In this document: piece after piece, positions 13,385 to 27,300 of the stretch
Layout: the number at the start of each line of letters is the position of its first letter
How positions within the stretch are numbered: position 1 is the first letter of the stretch
Assembly: GCA_044892525.1 (NCBI GenBank)
Contig: CM097885.1
Location: 39,062,001-39,126,000, forward strand
Source of the DNA: Schmidtea polychroa
Taxonomy: Eukaryota
DNA: 64,000 bases
Reading direction: 5' to 3'
The notes under the pieces: model-generated
What the model was told of the DNA's origin: nothing
The model's input: the letters and a program-made list of their open reading frames with translations, nothing else
The model's database searches: none
Program-made: the position numbers and the translations under genes

Positions 13385-14236
13385 CAGCGGTTCTCAAATT
13401 CTTTGAAATTTTCTGCGAGGCGGTCCCTTTAAAAATTGTTAGATAGCTTGCGCACCCCTAATTATAAAAAATAAAAAAGGTATATCAAATAAAACATATA
13501 TATTGAGAAAATATTACATCGTAAAAGTTAAATAACAATTTTAATGCGACGGATGCAGGCGTTTTTCCAGAACTATAGCTTCTAGGTTAGGCTTTGTCTT
13601 GGCCAGTGTAACTCGCATATCATTTGTCGCGCATAATCTATTTCTTGCTTTTGTTTTAATTGTAAGTAGTGTAGAAAAAGCCGACTCACACTCATAGGTG
13701 GTTGCAAATGGAATGAGGACTTTTAGAGCCATCTTTGCAACATCAGGATAGGACAGTGCCATTTCAATCCAAAAGTCACTACAGCAAGTTCCACGGAAAA
13801 CATGTTTTGCACCCTCATCGTTTATTAAATCAATAAATTGTTCCTGAACTAAATTGTCGTCCGAGGGCAGGTCACTAATGGATATTTCAAATGGGTTAGT
13901 GATAAACCGATGGTGTTTTTCAAATTCTCGCAGATCAGGAAAATAGTGAGACATTTCTTTGCTAAGAACGAATACATGCTGTTTCATCATTTCAAGAATA
14001 TCGGCATCGACTTCAAGCTCATTTTTATCAATATATGTATTCAGCTGCGGAAATGGAGCAAAATTCTTATTCTCTAACTTTGTAATCCATAGTTCGAGCT
14101 TTATTTTGAAAGCCGTCAATTTTTCATGACAATGTAGCACTGTGATATCTTTTCCTTGCAGCGCCATATTGATATAATTCACAGATTCAAATATGTCTAC
14201 CAAAAATGACAAGGAAATAAGAAAACGGACATCGGA
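13385..14236 (-). mobile_element. hAT Charlie/Buster-type transposon, 3' part (transposase C-terminus 13541-14212 plus TIR)
   Basis: TIR CAGCGGTTCTCAAA at 13385; LVDIFE..N.INMALQG, FW...YP.VA..ALKVLIPFATTYECESAFS dimerisation domain. Confidence 0.9.
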
Positions 14237-14244
14237 GAATTAAA

Positions 14245-14852
14245 ACAGAAGATTCACCACTTTTAAACATTTTCAACTTTTAATTTTGTCACTTTTTCAG
14301 TTGAACTTAAAATTATTTTTAATTACTTGTTTCAATAATTAACCACTTTATGTTTTCAACATTCAAAGACCGAATTTCTGAAAAAATTAAAATGGCTGGG
14401 GGGGAGGGGTTAGTCTGAGTTAGACAACTCATTTCTAGATACTTTCATCTCATGAAGATAATACTATCAAGCTTATAACATTTTCCTATAAGTAAATTCG
14501 AGAAATGTATCTGTATAACTGCATTAATTTACAAAACAAATCACTGAAGAAAAGAATTAGTATAAGAAATATATTAATAAGATATCACCCATAAAAACAA
14601 CGTTTCCAATCTATTGATAAAATCTGTCATTGATAACGAATATATGGCACTGATCAGACTGATATTCTTCAAAGATATTTATATTCCCGGTTTCCATCGT
14701 TAATTGATTAATCTGTTTTTTTGTTAGAATTTTCCAAAAATATTTAACAGTTTTCATCAAGACAATCCAGATATTGAACATTTTGCAATACAATTACAAA
14801 TAAGATGCTGGAACAATAATTTTTATTATTATGAAAATATCTTCCAGTAGTT
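14245..14852 (-). repeat. Repeat family A, copy 3
   Basis: Same orientation and sequence as about 9177-9785. Confidence 0.9.
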
Positions 14853-14921
14853 GTATATTATACAATGTATAATGAATAATGAAAGAAATACCTATAATCA
14901 ATTCTAATTGGTCAATCAGTT

Positions 14922-16772
14922 CACTCAAAAATCAATAATATGAATTCAAAAACGTTTTCGGCCAAAAATTTTTTATTATCTATCGCCAGTCGGCTCACAT
15001 CTACCTATTATCTCTTTCTAAGACATGTTTTATTAAGTTTATAAAAAAAATTCTCCCTGTTTTGATTGGCTTATTTTTTCTAATGTTTATAAACTCGACT
15101 AAAATGTGACAAAACTTACATATGGAAGTCCATAATGCTTTTCCTCAAATGAACATCATGGGAAATTTGAGCTATTGAGCAAGATAATTAATATTATAAT
15201 GACATCGGTTCCTAGCCTAACCATTCAAAGTATATATGACTAATGATGGTAATTGTGATGTTGTTATAATTGTTCTCCTTTTCCGTTATTATGTAATAAT
15301 AATAATTAATATTGTTGAAATTATGATGAAAAATCCGATCAGTACTCTATAGTAAGCAAACTCACAACTTAGAGATAAAAAAGGGGACATTGGTTAAAAC
15401 AACAAATTTAATTGAACTTAATTTCTAGAAATTTGATTTCAAAAAAATTAAAAATAAAAGACCAAAGCCCATTTAAGATAGAAGGTAAAAGATAATTCAA
15501 CAATAATAAGTAATAGATTATAACGAAAATTGCGACAAAAAGTCATTTAAATTCAATCTGTTTATTTTCGGTAGTTCAAAAAGAGCTAAAATTGCACAAT
15601 TTCAACCAGAAGATAACAAGAATTTTTCTGATTCGTTATTTTTTGGTTAATAAACTTGTTAATTTTTCTTCTTACCATTTCGTGGACGTATGTATTTTTC
15701 GATTTTTTATATCAGACTTTGGAAATGAATGTTGATCGCAAATATGAATTTCTAATTGATTATTTATTTATAAACAATATAAAAATGTTGCAATAATAAA
15801 TGAAATGCTATTTTCATGAAATTGTTATAAACAAGGATCAACTAAATAAGTTACTGAGATATTTAGGTGACACGTATAATCTTGCAAATAAGTGGCGTTT
15901 GTGACATGGTTGGATCGCACCGTTAGACATCGGATTCTAGTTTGCTTGGAAACTGTCTTTGCGCTGCCCATGAAAAGATTAAGAATGTTCTTATATATTA
16001 CTCAGTGCCTATTAGATACACAATCATTCACTAGATTTAGGCATTCCAGCTGACCAAACAATTTTTAACAGAGATTCTGTCTGGTTTGGACAGTTTATAA
16101 CAATTGGTTTTTGAAATATATTTGTTATTTCGGATAACCAATCTCCTTTCAACAGCATCTCGGTATCTTCTGTAGTTTTAAACAGTCAATGAAGACTTCA
16201 AAACATTAATATGGCCCTTGATGTTTCTTACCTTTTCTAATTGTTTTAATGTTGCTTTTATTACTTTTGATGTTTTTAAATCTTCTTGATCTCTTGCACA
16301 ATTCATAAGAAGGAATTTCTATTCCTTCTTCATCCAATTTGTGCGTCATTAATTTCTTATTCTTTTTTTCTATAAATATTTCGGTTCAGTCAGGGCCTTC
16401 TTCAGAACTCGAAGTTTCTTTATATCATACATTAAAGATGTTGGTTTTGAGAATACATATCGAAATTTCTCTTCCGTAGTTTTTCCTTCGTGTGCTTTAT
16501 AATCTTTTATTAATGATCTATCCAGTAATTTTGTAGTTAAAATTACTTGCATCTTAGTTGCTGTTTTTATTGGGCAGAAAAACATTTGAAAATACTTGAT
16601 AACATTTTCTAGGTCATCTCCTTTATAAAATTTTTCGGGTAATAATTGGCTTCTAAGTAGGTCCTTGGACGTTTATTTTATTTATTTCCAATTATAAATT
16701 TTCGTTTTTCTGAAAATTAAAACAACTGATGCGTCTTAATTATTAATATTGATTCAATTATTGGTCACAAAT
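14922..16772 (+). repeat. ~1.85-kb direct duplication, copy 1 (copy 2 at 22183-24052)
   Basis: Near-identical end to end; composite of DNA-transposon-like sequence and a minus-strand gag-like relic (about 16000-16660). Confidence 0.92.
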
Positions 16773-16934
16773 AAATATGTTTAATTTTCTTTCCTTATTT
16801 GTAATCATATTGATATTTACTTATCATTAAAATAATTTATTTTTTGCTAATGTTTGCTAACTGTTTGAGATATTTCTAGTTGATTTCTTGTTGAATTTTA
16901 CTTTTTTGACTAATGTGCAAATTTTAGCTATGAT

Positions 16935-18266
16935 CTAATTGGAAAACTACTGGAAGATATTTTCATAATAATAAAAATTATTGTTCCACTACCTTATTTG
17001 TAATTGTTTTGCAAAATGTTCAATATCTGGATTGTCTTAATGAAAACTATTAAATATTTGTGGAAAATTCTAACAAAAAAGCAGATTAATCAATTAACGA
17101 TGGAAACCGGAAATATAAATATCTTTGAAGAATATCAGTCTGATCAGTGCCATATATTCGTTATCAATGACAGATTTAATCAATAGATTGGAAACGTTGT
17201 TTTTATGGGTCATATTAATATATTTTTATACTAATTCTTTTCTTCGGTGATTTGTTTTGTATATTATTGCAGTTATACAGATACATTTCTCGAATTTACT
17301 TATAGGAAAATGTTATAATCTTGATAGTATTATCTTCATGAGATGAAAGTATCTAGAAATGAGCTGTCTAACTCAGACTCAACCCCCCCCCCCCCTAGTC
17401 ATTCTAATTTTTTCAGAAATTCGGTCTTTGAGTGCTGAAAACATAAAATGGTTAATTATTGAAACAAGTAATTAAAATTAATTTTAAGTTCAACTGAAAA
17501 AGTGACTAAATTGTAAGTTGAAAATGATTAAAAAGTGGCGAATCTGATGTTGAGAAGTTGCCTTATATACTAATTTATCAACTGATTCAACCAATTAGAA
17601 TTGATCATAGTTATTTATTGATTATTTTATTATCTTAATTTTTCTTTCAAATTCCAATCAATTTGATTGTCTGTATTTTATTTCTTATTTTAATTTTTCT
17701 CTTTTTCTTATTTTTCTGACTGCTTGAATGATTACCTTTTCATATCACTCTTACCTCTTGGATAAGATGATATTTTTGATAATTTGTGTTTCTTTACGGT
17801 GATTTCTTTTGTGTTTTTGTACGTTGAAATGTGCTACGCGTGTAACTACTTGGGCTATTCTTTTATTATTTTTGTTTTACTTAATATTTAATCTTTTTTA
17901 TCTAATTTTGTTTAACTTCGTGTAATTATCTATTTTAAGTGACTTTATGTTTTTTATATGTCGTTTAGCTTTGTCTGAACGGAACATTCATTATTCAATA
18001 TTGATTACTTTATTTACATAATTATTTTACACTTATTTTTATTTTTTTAAGAGCCTATCACTCGGGGTCTTAACCCAACAAATAGATTCATTCCCTTAGA
18101 GCACAGCACAAAAATATTATCAAGTTTTTAGAACACACACGATCTTATTTAAACACTAAAGATTGTAACCATAAAAGGTTTGGAAAAATTGTTTAAAAAA
18201 TGAATAATGGATGACGGATCCCGCAATTAATTAGTTCAGTAATTTAAACCCATGCTATTTATCATG
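16935..18266 (+). repeat. Repeat family A, copy 4
   Basis: Reverse complement of 8237-9790; continues past the point where the Polinton interrupts copy 1. Confidence 0.9.
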
Positions 18267-20790
18267 CCATGAGTACGAATGAGGAGAAACGGGTCACACC
18301 GTGTTCGATTTAATTGTCAGATTTTGGCAAAATTCAGAGCCAAAAATGGAACCATATTATCAAACAGTTGTTCCTGGGTTTCAGTAAGAATTCTAACCCG
18401 ACGATGACACGGACAAAGATGTGCAGCTTCCCGTGGGAATGGTAAAACAGATCTCATCTCTCAACGCAGTGCAGTTAGTGTTAGCTAAAATTATCTGAGA
18501 GGTGGATGGCGCACTAACTCGGCTTAAAGGCGTGGAAAGCGAGAATCGAGGCGGCACAATACCTAGCACTGGCGGTTAATTATGTTATTTTTAGGAAAAG
18601 ATTGGCAAAAAGACTTAATAAAAATTGGTCAACCGATATGTGAATTTTTCGGAAGGCAGATGGATTTCAAATGACAGACAAGCATTTCCGTGATCATTGA
18701 CTTCGTGATATTCATTTACCATAGACATTATTTTAATATATGATTCGTGTTCTTTGGTGTAAATAAATATTTATTTTGTTTGTATTCTTTTCTACGGGTA
18801 ATTTTATTGTATCTGTACCGGATATTCGTCAAAATGCAAAGTTCAGATTCTTGAGACTTTGGAGCAAAAATAAAGTGGATGTCTTACACTAGACGATTGT
18901 GACGAATATATGGATAAGGCAGAGACGAAGGGAGTACATGACATGGCAAAAGGATGATGTTGGATCTGCTTGGGATGGAGTGGATAAAGGATCCATCAGT
19001 AAATATTTAGCAACGAGAACTAATTTAAGTTTAAATGGTCATACTGATTAATTAATATATTGTAATTTGTTTGTTTAACAGTGAAGAAAATCATAAACTA
19101 TTTCAGAATTTATCTTGGTTGAGCTGCCAAGAAAACGTAACTCCGTCGACAAAGGCCGAAGTGGCAGAAACTGAAATGCCAGGAAATCGATGCAACTTGT
19201 TTCAGCCTGGAGTCCATGAAACGGCAGAAATTTTTGACGACACAATTGAAGAGCAGGAAAACAAAGATCATGTAGAAATTCGGGCATTGAAATTACTGAT
19301 CCCCCATCTCTATATAAGGAAGAGTCAGGCAACCAAATTGTGTGGAAAGATACAATTCGATATACCCAAAGTTATTTTTCTATTTTTTAAGTTTTAAAAG
19401 TTTAAAAAAATTATCAATGAAATATTTTTGGTAAAAATCACAGCTTCGCCACTTTCTCCCTATTAAATATGTTGAATCATAGATCGTCAAAAGACAAATC
19501 ACTGCTCTCAGAACTCAGATTAAGTAGCGAAGAAGGGATTCTGAACATGATTCAAGTATGCTCTGTGTGTTGAATGTTTTGTAATTGTTTTTATTTTTTT
19601 CTGATTATTGGTTTTAATTTTTGTAGTTTATAATATTTGAATAATAAAATTATTTTGAAATGAAAAAACTGTGTACTTCACTATTACGCCATTTTATTAA
19701 AAAGGTTAAGGTAAATATTTAGTAAAGCATTTGTTCCGGAACCTATTATTTTAGGAAAAATGCACTGGTTATACCAGAGTTAAGGGTCGTGAAAATAAAA
19801 TCGAATAAAAAGATCCAATATTTACTAGAACCAGTAACAGAATTTGTTGAATTGATTGTTGAAAATTTAATAGAATATCCATTTTAAACATTAAAAGACC
19901 AGGGCTGTCTGATTAAAAATTCAATTTTCTTTTTTAAGGACCAATAATTGGAGTTTCAATACCATTTAAACTCATGAAATGCATACCATATCCAAAAAAA
20001 TATTATGGGAAAATGACAATTTTAGAAATAAAAAACTCAATGTGAAGAATTACCTATAACTCCAAACAATGAATCTACAATACATGGAAATAATAAAACC
20101 TTAAATTGTTAATTATAATAATACAACTCTACAAGAAAAATAAATTCGGAAAATTCAGAAGATGAATTACAAATTCAAACCGCAGACATCTCACAAGAGT
20201 TTGAAAATACAGTATGAGAAATCACTAAAAACAATGAGAGTCATACCACAACAGACAATTAAACATTCTCGTAGATACTGGGAAATGTTACTTCGAGAAA
20301 AAGAAAAAAGAAGACCAAGGACACACTAATACTAAATGATTTTGCTAACATTTACAAAATTTCCCACTTGAGAACCAGATTTCTAGATACCATGATTGAC
20401 CATATCTGTTGATCAACAGTCTTCTATAAAAAATATTCACGTTTTTCTTGTCCTTATAACTTCAATTACTTTTATGACATTTTCTTGGTTTATTTTTCGT
20501 TTGTTTGCAATTTCAGTGTTAAAGTTACCTTAATTTTATTTGTTTTAAATGAGTTTTATTATGAGTTTGAATTGTTTGCGGTTTCCTGATGCCGTTCTAT
20601 CGTGTTCTATCTGTCCAATGTGCGTTTGTATCAGTTTATGCCCAACACATTTAGTATTTATTTTTAATCTAAGTTAATCATGCACATGCATTATACATGC
20701 CTTTGTTTAAATTGCAATGTCTTAATTTAATGTGTCTCTATTTACATTTAAATAAGTTGGTAATTCTTTAGCATTTTTTCAATATTGTTA

Positions 20791-20973
20791 CAGTGAAATC
20801 CGTTTAACACAAACTCCGTTATATTGAAAACTCGATGAAGAAATATTTGTTTTCACGTCTTAGTTCAATAATGGCACTCTTAAACCCACAGTGTAAAACC
20901 TATTTTGCACAATACCCGGTTAACGTGAATGTTTTATAGATCTATTATATTTTGTGTTATGTAGGTTTCCCTG
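20791..20973. mobile_element. Tigger/pogo-like MITE, TA-flanked
   Basis: TA|CAGTGAAATCCGTTTAACACAAA ... TTTGTGTTATGTAGGTTTCCCTG|TA imperfect TIRs; 200 bp upstream of the ACADSB ATG. Confidence 0.65.
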
Positions 20974-21175
20974 TATTAAATAAAGAAAGCTTTAAAATAA
21001 TGTGTATAATAATATATATTGCTATTAACTAAAGTATATGTAGTTCAAGAAAAATATAGAAATATAAAATTGTGTTTAAATATCCAAAACAAATTTTACA
21101 TATTTAATTTAGAAAATTGTAATATATTACAAGCTTTACAGGAATTCAAACAGAAATTACTCTAAATAATTTTAG

Positions 21176-21317
21176 ATGAATAAAGTTGCTAGATTATACT
21201 TTGCAATTAAAAATATTTCTTTCGTAAGAAGTTCTGGTCTACCATATATAATTCACAGGAATGTTCATAATCCTGTTCATGTGTTGTCTGAAGAGGAGAA
21301 TATGATGAGAGAAACTG
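21176..21317 (+). CDS. ACADSB: ACADSB coding exon 1
   Basis: [12 protein letters not shown]...[15 protein letters not shown]; followed by a 45-nt intron. Confidence 0.85.
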
Positions 21318-24300
21318 GTGTTATCTAATTTTATTTAGAAAAAGTAATTATAATCATTTCAGTTTCTAAATTTGCTACAGAAAGAATTCAGCCATTGGTT
21401 AGGAAAATGGATTCACAAGGTTATATGGAAAAATCTGTCATTGACGGACTTTTTGAAAATGGGGTAAATCTTTTTAGTACTCATAATTCACACATTTATT
21501 TGTACTCTAACCACTTATTTAAAATTTTTAAATTGACATAAAGCAATTGAAATAAATGATTTAACTATTGGAAAAATATTATTCTTAGTTAGGAAATGAT
21601 TCATTCGTTATAATTTTATATTATTTATTTGATCTAGAATAAATAATCAGATAATGAATAAACAAGGGCGATATTGGATAGTAGAGCTGTTGAGGATTTG
21701 CAAAATTTAATAGAAAGTTAAATTGAAATCAAATTGAGATTGAGAGCATTTTTAGCATGCTATTGGACCTAGCATAATTTCAAGGCATTCAGTTATAAAA
21801 ATCAGTTTTGGATTTAGTTTTTTACTTGGATGATTTTCAACTCTAGTGCGATGAAAGATAACTCAAAAATTCATATTTCTGACCATCATCCAATGAAAAT
21901 TCGAAAATTTTGTGGTTATCAACGTTGAAAGTATTAAAATTCTCAAAAACTTTTCTTGAAAAATTTAAATTTTCCGCCACCTAATTCTTGAAGAGATACG
22001 AAAAAGTGGTCGTCAGTAAAACTTTTCATCTCAAAAATCCGAACCCCTTATTGTAAAGTACGATAAAGCCAAAACACAAAAATTGCAATTTTTGCACTCC
22101 TAAATCAATATTAGCACTTTTTATAGTGAAAATTGTCCTCACTAATGAAAAATGGGCCTCTATATTCAAGAAGTTCACTTTGCACTCAAAAATCAATAAT
22201 ATAAATTCAAAAACTTTTTCGCGCCAAAATTTTTTATTACCTATCGCCAGTCGGCTCGATAGTTCAAAATGAGTTAAAAATCTCACATCTACCTACAATC
22301 TCTTTCTAAGAGATGTTTTATTAAGTTTATAAAAAAAAATTCTCCCTGTTTTGATTGGCTTATTTTTTCTAATGTTTATAAACTCGACTAAAATGTGACA
22401 AAACTTACATATGGAAGTCCATAATGCTTTTCCTCAAATGAACATCATGGGAAATTTGAGCTATTGAGCAAGATAATTAATATTATAATGACATCGATTC
22501 CTAGCCTAACCATTCAACGTATATATGACTAATGATGGTAATTGTGATGTTGTTATAATTGTTCTCCTTTTCCGTTATTATGTAATAATAATAATTAATA
22601 TTGTTGAAATTATGATGAAAAATCCGATCAGTACTCTATAGTAAGCAAACTCACAACTTAGAGATAAAAAATGGGACATTGGTTAAAACAACAAATTTAA
22701 TTGAACTTAATTTCTAGAAATTTGATTTCAAAAAAATTAAAAATAAAAGACCAAAGCCCATTTAAGATAGAAGGTAAAAGATAATTCAACAATAATAAGT
22801 AATAGATTATAACGAAAATTGCGACAAAAAGTCATTTAAATTCAATCTGTTTATTTTCGGTAGTTCAAAAAGAGCTAAAATTGCACAATTTCAACCAGAA
22901 GATAACAAGAATTTTTCTGATTCGTTATTTTTTGGTTAATAAACTTGTTAATTTTTCTTCTTACCATTTCGTGGACGTATGTATTTTTCGATTTTTTATA
23001 TCAGACTTTGGAAATGAATGTTGATCGCAAATATGAATTTCTAATTGATTATTTATTTATAAACAATATAAAAATGTTGCAATAATAAATAAAATGCTAT
23101 TTTCATGAAATTGTTATAAACAAGGATCAACTAAATAAGTTACTGAGATATTTAGGTGACACGTATAATCTTGCAAATAAGTGGCGTTTGTGACATGGTT
23201 GGATCGCACCGTTAGACATCGGATTCTAGTTTGCTTGGAAACTGTCTTTGCGCTGCCCATGAAAAGATTAAGAATGTTCTTATATATTACTCAGTGCCTA
23301 TTAGATACACAATCATTCACTAGATTTAGGCATTCCAGCTGACCAAACAATTTTTAACAGAGATTCTGTCTGGTTTGGACAGTTTATAACAATTGGTTTT
23401 TGAAATATATTTGTTATTTCGGATAACCAATCTCCTTTCAACAGCATCTCGGTATCTTCTGTAGTTTTAAACAGTCAATGAAGACTTCAAAACATTAATA
23501 TGGCCCTTGATGTTTCTTACCTTTTCTAATTGTTTTAATGTTGCTTTTATTACTTTTGATGTTTTTAAATCTTCTTGATCTCTTGCACAATTCATAAGAA
23601 GGAATTTCTATTCCTTCTTCATCCAATTTGTGCGTCATTAATTTCTTATTCTTTTTTTCTATAAATATTTCGGTTCAGTCAGGGCCTTCTTCAGAACTCA
23701 AAGTTACTTATATATCATACATTAAAGATGTTGGTTTTGAGAACACATATCGAAATTTCTTTTCAGTAGTTTTTCCTTTATAATCTTTTATTAGTGATCT
23801 ATCCAGTAATTTTGTGGTTAAAATTACTTGCATCTTAGTTGCTGTTTTTATTGGGCAGAAAAACATTTGAAAATATTATAACATTTTCTAGGTCATCTCC
23901 CTTATAAAATTTTTCGGGTAATAATTGGCTTCTAAGTAGGTCTTTGGACGTTTATTTTATTTATTTCCAATTATAAATTTTCGTTTTTCTGAAAATTAAA
24001 ACAACTGATGCGTCCTAATTATTAATATTGATTCAATTATTGGTCACAAATATAATTAGTTTAATTTAAAATAGTTTATAAATTAATTTAATATCGATTC
24101 AATATCGATGCAAATTTAACACAAATAGTTATTTCAACATGATGATCAAGTAGATACATGTGTGGGCTCCAGTTCAAAAGGAATTCTAGACTCTCACACA
24201 TTATTTTTGTCGAATAAGAACAATTTTTTTAAAAACAGTGATTACATATTATTTTTGTTTAAATCGTCGATTATGTAATATTTCAAATTTTGCTTTAAAT

Positions 24301-27300
24301 GATGATTACATCATCAATTTCATTTTTACAAGAACTTTTTATATCAATATACTTGAAATTAAATTCTCTTTTTAATGACCATATAACGTAATCCAAAATT
24401 TATTTAAGTACGCCATTTTTGAATTTATACATCATTTAAAAAAAACTTGAGATATTTTCAACCAAACAATGTATTGCTAGAATTTAATTTTCTACAAAAT
24501 TACATCATTATTTATTTAAAATTCACAATCATAACTGTAACGTTCAGGATGCATTTTTAGCTATAGGTATTTTGTTAGTATTATCGTATTTGTATATCCC
24601 TATTTATTTATATAGTAGTATTTATGTGATTTGTGAAAGAAATCTGAAGAGCCCGATAGTCACCGTTAAAAAAATGTGGCGGGACAATAGGAGTGCGTGT
24701 TGTGTATAAAAGGTAAAAAATGACAAGTAAATAAAATTACAACTTTTATTAAAAAAATAATAATACTTTTCAAAATATGATCCCGGTACTTGATTGGACT
24801 AACTACTGCTAAGACCCAACACAAACAGCGGGTTTATTTTCGGATGAATTTGCCTTGGGCCAAAAACCGATGTTTTGATTATAATCTTTATAATCTAAAC
24901 TTGTAGTCGTTATATGAAACTTTTCCTTCTGTGCGATCTTTTTATTTAATCTAGAAGTTATACGCTTTCTTTAAAATTGCACGGATATATTAATTAGTAT
25001 TGTAAGTTTTCTTTTCTTCTATAATAATTCCGTGAACAACTACTTGATTGATATTTGATAAGTCTCCTGACTAGATATTTTCTATTTTTCTTATCTTTTG
25101 GAGTTTTGGATTCTGTATTTTTTATCTTCTGTTGCACAAATTTAATTTCTTGTTAATGTCCTATTTCAAAATTTTAATTCGTAATTGATTTTTTTTTAAT
25201 TTTTCGATATTTGTATAGCGCTATATAGTTTCTATATTTAATTTTATAACTGGACTTACGCCCAACAAAATGGACCTTCCCCTTGTACAGAAATAAAAAA
25301 GAATAAGATTGTACATTACAATAACATCTTAAACACTTTTCAGCTAACTTTTACATACACACATTTCCAGCATTTTAAAAATACAAATTATTCGTATATA
25401 CTTAAGAAAACCCATTCTGCTATTAAAAAATCATATTAAAAGACATTAAAAATTTAACATTTATTAAAATCCCAAATTGGTGATATGACATCTTTCTAAT
25501 CTATTTTATATCCCTGTATTAAAATATTTACAAACGAGCTTTCCCCATCTTTATATTCAATTTCTTCAAAAGCATCATGCAAACGGGATTTTCGATTGTT
25601 GATGAATGTTTAACCATTTGTATTATTTATGTGTTTCTAACTCATATATTAAATGAATTTCATAAAAAATAACCCAACTAATTCCAAATAAACGTGTGTA
25701 ATTAAACATGTAATGCGGATCAAATATTCGTGTCGTGATTGTCACTAAATCAGAATTAATTGGACAAATATCAATTGAAATCGGATGTAATTCCACTGCC
25801 GTTCATAAATTCTTTTATTTGAAGTAATCTTTAAAAAGTAGGTTATCTTGACATCTATGCCAGCATTGAGAATCAGAAAGACTGAAATTACATAGCCACC
25901 TACTGCATCATCATTTACTTATATTTCCATCAAAATTTGAATACAAACGATTGAAAAAAACACTATTTAAAATTTTTGCTAGCACTTCACTTCATCTTGA
26001 CATCCATAGTCAATAGTTTGTCAATAGTTACGTTAAAATATAAATAACCAAAAATAGTTCCGATAAAACAAATTTTAAACATTCTGAATTTTGAATGCTT
26101 ATTACATACGTTTTGGAATCCCGTGCGAAGCTGGGTTAATTAACTAATTTTCAAATAAATTTTAAAAAAATATGACATTAAGATTTTCGTTTTTGCGTTG
26201 GCTTACAAGGTTGTTTTCATTTACGGTATTCGGAAATTTTCAATTTTAAACCACTTTCTCAGCTAACATCTCACTGATTTCATACTTTTTTAATAAATTT
26301 ATATCAGAGACCATTTGTTCACATAAATAGGTCGATTCGAAAACTGTCAGTAAACTAAATGCAACTTTTTTGAGTTAATATTAGAAATATGGAAGGGTAT
26401 ACTATGCTTCAAAGTTAATCTGATCTTAATTGTTGCAATTTAAAAATTCCGACCATTTAGATTCATGGCCAAATCAGCCTTTTCTTTCTAAGTTATATAA
26501 ATTGATTTTTAAATTCGAAAATTTAGAAGATCACAAATTATTGGTTTTTAGGTTTGCTAATTGAAACATTTTTTGTTTTTTTGTAACTTTGATTGTTGCA
26601 TTCTTCGTTATAGTTCCACCATAGCTTTTTTTTTCTCATCTCCAGCAGGATACATTTACATGAATGAATCGTGTTTTATAAAAAATGTTAGATTGTTATT
26701 ATTAGACAAATTGTCATTACAAATCAATTGTTAGAAGTCTCACTGAACAGTTGAGTCAACCCTGTTCAATATGAACACCAGCGTTCCAATTTTTTCAAAC
26801 GTTCATATTAAAAAATAATATGAACAGATAATAATATAACAATACAAAAGATGTATTTATTATTACAATTTTTTTCGGCACGTAATAAAGTTTGATTTTT
26901 AATTGCCTAGATGCTTTTTCTCATTGAATTTCATCAATCAAATAACATATTTTGTTCATCTTATCGGGAATAAAAATTTTCTTGAATACCCACGTCATAG
27001 CACGTGCCGACACACTGGTTGTTAACTGGCCTACGTTCTGATACCTCAACATACTGACCATGGTTACTATGTTGTCATACTGTATCTAATTTTACTTCTT
27101 CAACAGAACTATCATTTGTTTCTTTATTTTCAGAACTTTCATTTTCATACTTTTCTACTAGATCAAACAAGAGATGTTCGTCAAATTTTGGATTGATTTC
27201 AAAACATGGAATATTATCACATACAGCGTAAACTTCTTTAACATATGCATTTTCGTAAGACTTGGTAAAACAATTAGAAATAGTCACAGGTTTCACACTA

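Noticed and set aside
9545..17186. Four near-identical 60-aa ORFs (MYCKMFNIW...) as a small-protein family
   Set aside because: TTG starts, no recognisable domain, they lie inside young repeat copies, and the copy at 29870 has an in-frame stop; similarity is explained by recent duplication
18800..19400. Possible host gene (108-aa ORF 19071-19397)
   Set aside because: No recognisable motif or consistent exon chain; stops in adjacent frames; likely decayed TE sequence
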